DNA of 64,000 bases from Anaerolineae bacterium (GTDB lineage Bacteria; Chloroflexota; Anaerolineae; Anaerolineales; E44-bin32), in contig JAUWHR010000010.1 of assembly GCA_030605795.1 (NCBI GenBank), positions 818 to 64,817 of the forward strand, given 5' to 3'. This document shows positions 57,031 to 64,000 of this stretch, in pieces. Made by a program: the position numbers and the translations under genes. Each line of letters opens with the position of its first letter. The first letter of the stretch is position 1. A model generated the notes under the pieces. That model had not been told where the DNA came from. It made no database searches and saw only the letters and a list, made by a program, of their open reading frames with translations.

Positions 57031-57152
57031 GCTACTACTCAGCCTACCCTCCCGCAGGTTATGATTGGTAGCATTTATCGGTTTGAATATCCGGTCGAGA
57101 CGCGATTCTATGTCAAAACAACATCCAAACCTGCGGGAGGGTGAGTAGTTAC
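57031..57152 (-). mobile_element. MITE family A, copy A5 (inverted)
   Basis: gctactactcagcctaccctcccgcaggtt ... gggagggtgagtagttac. 8-bp flanks TTCCAGTC / TTCCAATC (7/8). Confidence 0.9.
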
Positions 57153-57246
57153 TTCCAATCTTACAAAACAGGCATGATTGGGCTGAAAACAAGAGCCATC
57201 AATCGTCCTCTTGCCCCAGTATCTCGTTCCTGCTATCATCCCGATC

Positions 57247-58119
57247 ATGATTAAAGCACTGATTAAAACCATGCGACCTCGGCAGTGGATCAAAAATGTG
57301 TTCATCTTCGCTGCGCTTGTATTTGATGAACAGCTGCTCAGCCTTGGTCCCTTGCTGAACACGATATTCGGGTTCATCTTGCTATGTCTTGGGTCCAGCA
57401 CGGTCTATTTGATCAACGACCTGGCCGACCTGGAACAAGATCGGCTGCATCCAGTTAAACGGCTCCGCCCGCTGGCAGCCGGAGCTCTATCGGTTCGAGC
57501 GGCTCAGATCGCAGCTGTCTCGTTGTTTATCATCTCGATCGCGGCTGGTTTTGCGCTCAACACAACTTTCGGAGCGATATTACTGACTTATTTGATTCTC
57601 AACCTTTTCTATTCCTTCTGGCTGAAACACATACCGATCATCGATGTGCTCGTTCTCGCTTCAGGATTCGTCCTGCGGGTTGCAGCTGGGGTGGCGTTGA
57701 TCACCGTCCAGCGCTTCTCACCCTGGTTATATATGTGCACCACTTTGCTGGCGCTATTCATCGGTTTTGGCAAGCGCCGCGCCGAGATGGTGCTCCTGGC
57801 TGACGGCGCCGACTCCCACCGCCGGGTGCTCGACGGCTACACCATTCCCTTTCTCGACCAATTGATCGTCATCGTTTCCGGCACAGCTATCATAGCTTAC
57901 TCGCTCTATACCTTCTCAGCCCAGAATCTCCCTGAAAATAATCTGATGATGTTGACCATTCCCTTTGTTGTTTATGGCATCTTCCGTTATCTACTCTTAG
58001 TCAACGTTCAAAACGCCGGCGGAGCTCCTGAGGAGCTTGTGCTGACCGATTGGCCTCTACTGGTTACAGTTTTACTTTGGGGAGCCACGGCCGTAATTAT
58101 CCTCTACTTGGGCACTTGA
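57247..58119 (+). CDS. UbiA-superfamily prenyltransferase, decaprenyl-phosphate phosphoribosyltransferase (DPPR synthase)-like
   Basis: RPRQWIKNVFIFAALVF ... VYLINDLADLEQDRLHPVKRLRPLAAG ... GKRRAE is collinear with mycobacterial Rv3806c (RPRQWVKNVLV...YLVNDVRDVEADR.HPTKRFRPIAAG...GKRYAE) as I recall it. ATG 57247 preferred. Confidence 0.82.
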   Translation: MIKALIKTMRPRQWIKNVFIFAALVFDEQLLSLGPLLNTIFGFILLCLGSSTVYLINDLADLEQDRLHPVKRLRPLAAGALSVRAAQIAAVSLFIISIAAGFALNTTFGAILLTYLILNLFYSFWLKHIPIIDVLVLASGFVLRVAAGVALITVQRFSPWLYMCTTLLALFIGFGKRRAEMVLLADGADSHRRVLDGYTIPFLDQLIVIVSGTAIIAYSLYTFSAQNLPENNLMMLTIPFVVYGIFRYLLLVNVQNAGGAPEELVLTDWPLLVTVLLWGATAVIILYLGT

Positions 58120-58412
58120 CCAAGATAAGCATCCCTTCAATAAAAAAAAAGCGTTTCGGCGTAGAGACCGGGAGCGGAAGCTGTCGTTTATGGCTACTTT
58201 TCTAGGATGCTGCCCGGGGGGGTCATGAGGGTATTAGACGGAGTTCTGTGATAGAGGTAGGATACCACGCCGCCCGCAAGAAGGGTTAGCGCCCCACTTG
58301 TCATGCCATTTGGGCTGATAATACGGGAATTTACCCCCTTTTTCAATCACTTTTCAGAGTTTTCCTATCACTGACAATATTTCTGCTGACTTTTTACACA
58401 GCCTGGCGAGAC

Positions 58413-58419
58413 GTTAGGC
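58413..58419 (-). other. Orphan attC-like inverse core (GCCTAAC) at the distal end of the cassette array
   Basis: The minus strand reads gcgatGCCTAACgtctcgccaggctg, 48 nt after the stop of the last cassette ORF. There is no GTT (no AAC on the plus strand) anywhere between 58120 and 58412, so no matching core site exists. Confidence 0.45.
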
Positions 58420-58467
58420 ATCGCACTCTACAACATGGAACCATAACCAATGCTAAAGGAAAACCCA

Positions 58468-59160
58468 CTATGCTGAAGCTGGCGCTCTTTCGATTTCAAT
58501 TTCTTTAATTCGATCGTATAACAACTCGAGAATAGAACTTTCAATCGAGACTAATACCCTTGTTTCGTCTCCGACATCGTTGCTTGAGTAGTCAAACAGG
58601 ATACCATCGAAAGATTGTATTATCCCGGCGGTGTACCCTGTAACGAGTGTCTTATTATGCTTCTTTCCAATGTCCCAACGCCTTTGTGAAAAGATGCTTA
58701 GTATGTCCTCCTCAGACATTTCTTTATTCGCGATCTCAACAAGAATTTTCGTTATAGTTGGATCAATTCTGGAGATAACTTCAGTGATTTCATGAGACTT
58801 TGGAAGATCTTCTACACTATGTTGTTCTTGATCAGCTTCAACTTGAGAGAATAGCCTAGATGAATCCATCTTTCCCTTCAAAGAAAATGGGCCTATGGAC
58901 GCTGTTAACTCATCCACGAGTGAAAGAAATCCAGAACTTGATGGAAGAATCTTTCGGATAAATAGGAGTACAACAATCGCTCCAGCGATTATCGGCTGCG
59001 ATATTAATTCCCAGAGTGAAGCTATACCAGAGAAGATAATCTCATCTAATGCAACAATATAAGGCGTATTTGTTGCTATGGAGTGAAGCAGGGCGAGTAA
59101 TGCAAGGATACCTATGCCAAATATCAGGAAGACAATTGTCACTTTTCTCATCCGCTCCAT
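58468..59160 (-). CDS. Cassette ORF 5: two-TM membrane-anchored protein (hypothetical)
   Basis: Started at ATG 59160 (MERMRKVTIV...). The longer track ORF would run through the attC-like site. Two N-terminal TM helices, then a ~150-aa soluble domain. No family recognised. Confidence 0.6.
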   Translation of the reverse strand: MERMRKVTIVFLIFGIGILALLALLHSIATNTPYIVALDEIIFSGIASLWELISQPIIAGAIVVLLFIRKILPSSSGFLSLVDELTASIGPFSLKGKMDSSRLFSQVEADQEQHSVEDLPKSHEITEVISRIDPTITKILVEIANKEMSEEDILSIFSQRRWDIGKKHNKTLVTGYTAGIIQSFDGILFDYSSNDVGDETRVLVSIESSILELLYDRIKEIEIERAPASA

Positions 59161-59217
59161 CCACCCTTTCTTAATCAAGACAGAACAATGATAATGAGGC
59201 GTGCGATACAATGCGAT

Positions 59218-59416
59218 GCCTAAAGATTTCGAGCTGAGGCGCCGGGGCACAGTCCATCACCGGCAATCCCAGCATCCCCATCATACAACTTAGTTTGCAA
59301 ATCACGCCGCACCGTTCGTCCAATCGTCCATCCAGCCGTTCGTCCCGCGAGCAGAGCGAGACGGGGCTTGACTGGGCTTGACTGGATCCCCGGTCGCCTC
59401 CAACGAGTGGTTATGC
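59218..59416 (-). other. attC-like site 4 (199 nt)
   Basis: Minus strand: GCATAAC-cactcgttggaggcgaccgggga ... ggcgcctcagctcgaaatc-TTTAGGC. Its 5' arm is near-identical to attC-like site 2. Its centre carries repeat D2 (59314-59389). Confidence 0.6.
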
Positions 59417-59431
59417 GCCCGAAAAAGTCGA

Positions 59432-60211
59432 CTAAGCAGGGCGGGTTCCACCTGCGATGATCTCATCAATTACTTTAGGTTTCCAAACGATTCCTAGCTG
59501 AGCCTCAATCTCGTCTTCTGCTAGGATTCGACCAGAATAAACTCCAAGGAAAACCCTATCACTTCCAAACCAATCTTCGGGGGACATTTTTCCTGGATCA
59601 TTCTGATAGTAACCAGTATATTGAGCGATCACCGGAGAACCAGACATTCCCTCTCGAGTTGCACTGTCAATTAACAACTTCGGAGCACCATCGATATCAA
59701 TATCTGGTTCGGAAGCAATGCTTCCTCTTTTCCAGATTGGAAAGCGACCGGAGCCAGTTATGCCCTTTGGAAAGCCTATTATGAATACGTCTTGAGATAT
59801 TTTTACTCGGAAAGAGCCAAAATCAACTTCGTTGAGTGGAAAAAATCTGTGATCACTTCCTATAGTCATAGGAAGAGCAGCAACATCTACTTGTGGCCCA
59901 AGGGTCGGATGTTGTAACCATCTCGGCCTTCCCTGATCGTCATACAAGGGAACTTCAATAGAAGACCAAGACGATAATCCGGAAGAATCCAGCATCCACA
60001 CCAAGAGCCTATCGGGCACACTCCCATTCTCATCAATTGGTTGCTTAGTTAAGGGATTAAGGCCAGAAACAACATGATTGTTGGTAATAAGGAAATTGTT
60101 ATCGCCAGACCGCCAAGGAAAACCCGTGGCAATCGCAAAAACACTTTGCCCAAAATATGCCTCTAAGTAAATGGATGTAAGTGAAAGACGATCAGGTGTA
60201 ATTCTTTTCAT
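59432..60211 (-). CDS. Cassette ORF 4: trypsin-fold (S1/Trypsin_2-like) serine protease without signal peptide
   Basis: Catalytic triad contexts FLITNNHVVSG (His), VDVAALPM (Asp) and REGMSGSPVIAQ (Ser). No N-terminal hydrophobic segment. ATG 60211 preferred over TTG 60217. Confidence 0.8.
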   Translation of the reverse strand: MKRITPDRLSLTSIYLEAYFGQSVFAIATGFPWRSGDNNFLITNNHVVSGLNPLTKQPIDENGSVPDRLLVWMLDSSGLSSWSSIEVPLYDDQGRPRWLQHPTLGPQVDVAALPMTIGSDHRFFPLNEVDFGSFRVKISQDVFIIGFPKGITGSGRFPIWKRGSIASEPDIDIDGAPKLLIDSATREGMSGSPVIAQYTGYYQNDPGKMSPEDWFGSDRVFLGVYSGRILAEDEIEAQLGIVWKPKVIDEIIAGGTRPA

Positions 60212-60233
60212 TCTCAATTATTGTCAGTAGGGC

Positions 60234-60355
60234 GCATAACATCTTGAGTTCAGCCGCCCCACTCAATACTCTACTTGCTTCTCAAGATTCCCATTCCGGG
60301 TTCTTCATTTGCAAATCGCCCAGCCTGCGGGGTCGGCTGCGGAGAATTGTTAGGC
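60234..60355 (-). other. attC-like site 3 (122 nt)
   Basis: Minus strand: GCCTAAC-aattctccgcagccgacccc ... ggggcggctgaactcaagat-GTTATGC. The inner stem gcagccgacccc / ggggcggctg has a one-sided unpaired base. Confidence 0.65.
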
Positions 60356-60364
60356 GGAGCGTTC

Positions 60365-61138
60365 CTATTCTTCATTATTTTCTTGGGTGAATAGGGAATA
60401 TAGTCTTTCTAAATCTTGGTCACTTAGAGACCCGAATTTTGCAAATTGACGTATGTTATCCGGATCAAAAATATATCTATCTCTTGTATTCAACTCATCA
60501 ACTACATTTAAGTCTCGTATAAAGACTGCTCTGAAAATCAAATAGTGCGATAGAAGAGAAGTCATAATTCCATAAGCAGCGTCTTCAATTCTCTCTAGAT
60601 CTGACATGACGAGCTTTACAATCATTCTATTGGCGTATGTCTTCAATGGTAGGACTATCAAGTCAGGGGATGCATGAGAATAACGACTCATTAGTCCCCA
60701 GAAGCGTCCGAAAAAATCTTCACCCGATTCCTCTCTTTCATTCTTAGCCAATTTAAGGACTCGATCAAGCTTGACATCACCTTTTACAAATGCATCGATT
60801 AATCCAGTATGTCTAACCAAGTATTGGGTACATTGAGCAAGCTCAGCTAGAATGCGAGTAAGTGCAAAACCCTCGAGGGGGTAACCTCGGATCGTTTTAT
60901 CCATTGCGACCTTTGATATTGAAAAGGCACGTGCAGTTGAAATAAAGGCAAATAACTGAGGATTGTTTGGAACATTCTTGACAGGGACGGATTCACCGGA
61001 ATTATGAAATGCTATAAGCAATGTTTCCTGTATAAATCGAAAATAACCAAGAAGTCCGGAAAGCCTTTCTCTCACAAGTTTTTCTACACTATCTTCAAGG
61101 TCATCAATGTTTGAAATTGATACTAAATCATCATTCAT
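60365..61138 (-). CDS. Cassette ORF 3: hypothetical soluble protein (257 aa)
   Basis: Clean ATG-to-stop ORF with no TM segments and predicted helical character. I do not recognise a family with confidence. Confidence 0.65.
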   Translation of the reverse strand: MNDDLVSISNIDDLEDSVEKLVRERLSGLLGYFRFIQETLLIAFHNSGESVPVKNVPNNPQLFAFISTARAFSISKVAMDKTIRGYPLEGFALTRILAELAQCTQYLVRHTGLIDAFVKGDVKLDRVLKLAKNEREESGEDFFGRFWGLMSRYSHASPDLIVLPLKTYANRMIVKLVMSDLERIEDAAYGIMTSLLSHYLIFRAVFIRDLNVVDELNTRDRYIFDPDNIRQFAKFGSLSDQDLERLYSLFTQENNEE

Positions 61139-61169
61139 ATCAACTTATCTACTAGATATTTGGAGCTCC

Positions 61170-61293
61170 GCCTAACGGTCGTGAGCTGAGCGGCCGTGGT
61201 TCAAACCATATATTGCTCGCCGAGCGTCCCTATCATATAACCTGGCTTAGATTTCACCCAGCATCCCCGGTCGCCTCCTACGAGAGGCTAGGC
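61170..61293 (-). other. attC-like site 2 (124 nt)
   Basis: Minus strand: GCCTAGC-ctctcgtaggaggcgaccgggga ... ggccgctcagctcacgacc-GTTAGGC. Starts 10 nt after the ORF stop and ends 31 nt before the next ATG. Confidence 0.65.
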
Positions 61294-61303
61294 AGCCAAT
61301 TAA

Positions 61304-61831
61304 TTATGGAGCACGCTCTGAGCTCTGCACGTCATTAACGGATCTGGACATCTCGGTTACCACCACCCGAAAGGCCTCTTCCTGACTTCGAATTTGCAGA
61401 TCATTTATTGTGCCCGAGGTCTTGTTTGGTATCTCTGTGACAGGATAGCAAGTTCCAAGACCACTCGCTTGTATGTGATTCCAGAACTCAGGCGGTGGGC
61501 TGACTGACCTACCTGGCCAATCTCCATGCTGGACGAAGCAACCACTGGGGAGAGGCTCATCGCCGATAAATGCGAGACCAAGTGGATGTTGGTCAATCTC
61601 GCGTTTCTTGTCATCAACACGATTTATATTGGCCATATAGTAGGCCACTCCGCCAGGCCCGCCCGACGCGAGTATCAAGACACTGTCCGACTTGTCCAGC
61701 AAGACCAAGGGGAACGTGGGCATAAGTTCTCCCAATTGGCTCGGTTCAATAACAGTGAAGTTACCTTGCTGGCAGGTTTCATTCCACTTCTCTCTGTCAA
61801 TTTGCGATGTATCGAACCAGTTGAATTTCAT
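61304..61831 (-). CDS. Cassette ORF 2: hypothetical protein (175 aa)
   Basis: ATG-to-stop ORF, soluble. No family recognised. Confidence 0.6.
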   Translation of the reverse strand: MKFNWFDTSQIDREKWNETCQQGNFTVIEPSQLGELMPTFPLVLLDKSDSVLILASGGPGGVAYYMANINRVDDKKREIDQHPLGLAFIGDEPLPSGCFVQHGDWPGRSVSPPPEFWNHIQASGLGTCYPVTEIPNKTSGTINDLQIRSQEEAFRVVVTEMSRSVNDVQSSERAP

Positions 61832-61891
61832 TTATATATCCCTAGTCTGAACACCGAAAAGTTTCCGGAACGCGTCTCGATCAAGTGGCTG

Positions 61892-61950
61892 ACCTAACGG
61901 ATGAGCTCAGCGGCGCGTACCCCAGCGTCCGCTCCAGCGAAATGCTAGCG
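61892..61950 (-). other. attC-like site 1 (59 nt)
   Basis: Minus strand: cGCTAGC-atttc-GCTGGAGCGGACGC-tggggtac-GCGCCGCTGAGC-tcatcc-GTTAGGT. Imperfect stem with extra bases on the 5' arm only. Classic ~60-nt size. Confidence 0.65.
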
Positions 61951-62019
61951 AGCAAACATTACATAATTTAAATCTCAATCCATAGGCTTTGGGTTCTCGA
62001 GTTGATACATCTTTCGAAT

Positions 62020-64000
62020 TTAGCTGATCCTGTGCTTCTCATAATCTGTTGCAAGGAAGGACATGACCTGCCTGATTATGACTTCGAAATGGCGTTTTGC
62101 ATCGGTCAAATCTTGGGAATCACAGCCAGGTTTGGGCTTCCTAGAAGTCTCATCAACCACGTGAGGAAGATCAGACTGCTTCCTTAATTCATGAAGAGCA
62201 CTTGCCGCCGCTTTCAATTCTGGGCTTACTCGTCCCATAAAATCAATTTGGGATGTGTGTCCCCTATGGCCAGATTCTAATTTTGATTCTGGGAATTCGC
62301 GGACAAGAGCAAGATCAATCTCATCGGCAAGGATATCGGAAATACCATCAAGCCGGGTAATGAAGGCATCTGGATTATCTTTATCCTTCTGGATTTTCAC
62401 TAGTTGGACACGGATTAGCGCTAAGGTGTTAGGAATATCAAAAAGATCATCGAACGTGTGATCACCAAGTAAATCAGCACGGATGATGTTGGCTTGGAGG
62501 GCCTCATTTAATAATTTGAGGAGTGTAATATCGGGGGAGCCCCTGAGCTGATCTGATGCAACCTCAAGTGCACTTCTAACCTGTGGATTCCGTTCAACAG
62601 GCTCATCGTTTAGCCTCTTTTCGATCAATGAAAGTCCATCCGCTGGCATGGCACATTTGCCTATGGTGGATGCAACGTTAGCGCGAAGTTCCGCATCATC
62701 ACCAAGAGAATAAAGAAGTGATTCCAGTTTCTCACAACAGTCACTCCGACCAAATGCCTCCAGTGTTTGTAGCCATGTTGGGATGTGAGAGCGTGGATCT
62801 GCTTCAAGATGCCTGGAAAGAAGGGTCGACAGGGCTTCTTTAGCTAGTATTCTTGTTTCGTCACTAGGGTCACCAGACTCGCGTTCCTGCAAACGGTGCA
62901 CGGTTTCAACTGTAGGGGTTGCGCTTCTAGATAATGCCTGTATCGCAGATTGGACGACGGCATTTCGATCATCCTCAAGAATTGACCACAGTCGTTCTTC
63001 AACAGTCGGTGTCCCGATTGCCCCGAGAGCCTCAGCAGCTGCTACCCGGATATCAGGAGATGTGGATGTCAATTCTCTAGCAATTGTCTCTTCATCATCC
63101 TCACTTCCATGATTGCCCAAATGAACAATTAACCGGGCTCGATCCTTAGTTGTGAGTGAATACTCGCTGTTAGCCAAAATAGAGCGACTCACCTCGGAGG
63201 CTTTCTGCAAATCTTCAGCAGACAGAAATGACCAGACATGCGAATTCCATTCTGAAATAAGGTAAGAGCTAGCAGCAGCAACGGCAGAATCTGTTGTGCT
63301 TTCCTCTAGGATCGACCGAGATGTTTTCCATTTCCCTTTGGCAGTTCCGGCTCGAATGAGATGTGCATATAGAGCTTGTTGATTTCCAGAAAAATTAGCA
63401 ATCGCTGCCAACATAGATTTGGCAGAGGAATCCTTGCTGTCGATGAATACCCGAATAATCTTAGTCTTTCTCTCTCCGGGAGCATTGTCTATCGTGCGAG
63501 CGAGAAATCGCGCTAGCTCTTCTGCAGATGCAGGAAATGATTTGTTGTTGCCTATTAGCAATTGAATCCAGGTGCTTAGGCTCTGATCATCATCCAAAAG
63601 GCTTTCACAAGTTTGTAGGTAGCGAAAGGCTTTTGCTCTAATTGCATCATTATCCGAGCCTAGTAATGGAAGCAACTCAATCGTGAGACTATCGACAATC
63701 TGTTTGCCAACGAAGCTTATTAAGGAGTGGATGCGCTCGGAATTGTGGTGGGATGATTCTGGATTCTCAATAATGGAACGTGCGACAGATTTAGAGAGAA
63801 CAATTTCTTGGCCCCCAATTACTTCTTTTAATGCTTCTAGTGCACGTGACCAAACAGCTTCTTTGGGTAGTCCAATAATTTTGAACCAGGCATCCGCCGA
63901 TAGTTCTAGCGGGATGTGTGAAAGAATTGTCTCGGTATGTTCACAGATACTTTCAAGTTGATCTGGTTGCTCGCGATTTGATTGATCAACTACACGCTCT
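62020..64000 (-). CDS. Cassette ORF 1: HEAT/ARM-repeat protein, 5'-partial (runs off the window)
   Basis: Repeated ~30-aa helical units such as DIRVAAAEALGAIGTPTVEERLWSILEDDRNAVVQSAIQALSRSATP. I checked codon by codon that the minus-strand frame stays open from the track's TTG start (63675) to position 63999 with no stop, so the protein is at least 660 aa and its real start lies beyond 64000. Confidence 0.75.
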   Translation of the reverse strand, partial: ERVVDQSNREQPDQLESICEHTETILSHIPLELSADAWFKIIGLPKEAVWSRALEALKEVIGGQEIVLSKSVARSIIENPESSHHNSERIHSLISFVGKQIVDSLTIELLPLLGSDNDAIRAKAFRYLQTCESLLDDDQSLSTWIQLLIGNNKSFPASAEELARFLARTIDNAPGERKTKIIRVFIDSKDSSAKSMLAAIANFSGNQQALYAHLIRAGTAKGKWKTSRSILEESTTDSAVAAASSYLISEWNSHVWSFLSAEDLQKASEVSRSILANSEYSLTTKDRARLIVHLGNHGSEDDEETIARELTSTSPDIRVAAAEALGAIGTPTVEERLWSILEDDRNAVVQSAIQALSRSATPTVETVHRLQERESGDPSDETRILAKEALSTLLSRHLEADPRSHIPTWLQTLEAFGRSDCCEKLESLLYSLGDDAELRANVASTIGKCAMPADGLSLIEKRLNDEPVERNPQVRSALEVASDQLRGSPDITLLKLLNEALQANIIRADLLGDHTFDDLFDIPNTLALIRVQLVKIQKDKDNPDAFITRLDGISDILADEIDLALVREFPESKLESGHRGHTSQIDFMGRVSPELKAAASALHELRKQSDLPHVVDETSRKPKPGCDSQDLTDAKRHFEVIIRQVMSFLATDYEKHRIS

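Noticed and set aside
58468-61950. Possibility that the regularly spaced intergenic repeats form a CRISPR array.
   Set aside because: The repeats are 59-199 nt imperfect palindromes of differing sequence. They are separated by 0.5-0.8-kb protein-coding ORFs, not by 25-40-nt identical repeats with short spacers. No cas genes are present.
63683-63961. 92-aa plus-strand ORF at the right edge.
   Set aside because: The opposite strand carries an uninterrupted continuation of the HEAT-repeat reading frame through this whole interval.
1-64000. Search for a prophage, full-length IS, integrase or transposase genes that could explain the MITEs or the cassette array.
   Set aside because: None of the ORFs of 60 aa or more in the track shows recombinase or transposase motifs. 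The autonomous partners must lie outside this window.

Overview
This is a chromosomal segment with roughly balanced GC by eye. It probably comes from a Chloroflexota-like bacterium. That placement is an inference from two Chlor_Arch_YYY/DUF2298 proteins, 'cattgcgag'-type repeats and a probably leaderless mRNA.

I support about 55 protein-coding genes:
- Housekeeping: pckA, an aspartate-type aminotransferase, a hydantoinase/oxoprolinase A+B pair, udk, cyclophilin, trxA, scpA, cobO, glmS, cmk, tlyA and two PlsC-type acyltransferases.
- Envelope, left block: LCP ligase, TPR protein and MOP-type transporter (289-4059).
- Envelope, large block: a minus-strand block (41463-55342) of GT4, methyltransferase and four very large polytopic GT-C/YYY membrane proteins. 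A decaprenyl-phosphate phosphoribosyltransferase-like UbiA gene lies nearby.

RNA features are tRNA-Thr(CGU) and a glmS ribozyme.

The window is dense in small non-autonomous elements with visible target-site duplications:
- Family A: 5 copies of a 122-bp MITE.
- Family B: 2 copies of a 187-bp MITE with the same termini as A.
- Family C: 5 copies plus a remnant of a 121-bp hairpin element.
- No transposase gene is present in the window.

Three gene relics are visible: a zupT 3' end, an epimerase 5' end and a ferredoxin fragment.

The most interesting region is the right edge (58.4-64.0 kb). Five co-oriented ORFs are separated by attC-like sites, and their core hexamers co-vary across cassettes exactly as expected for integron gene cassettes. 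No intI lies inside the window; it would be expected beyond 64000. All functional calls come from reading the translated ORFs and motifs by eye. No database search was run.
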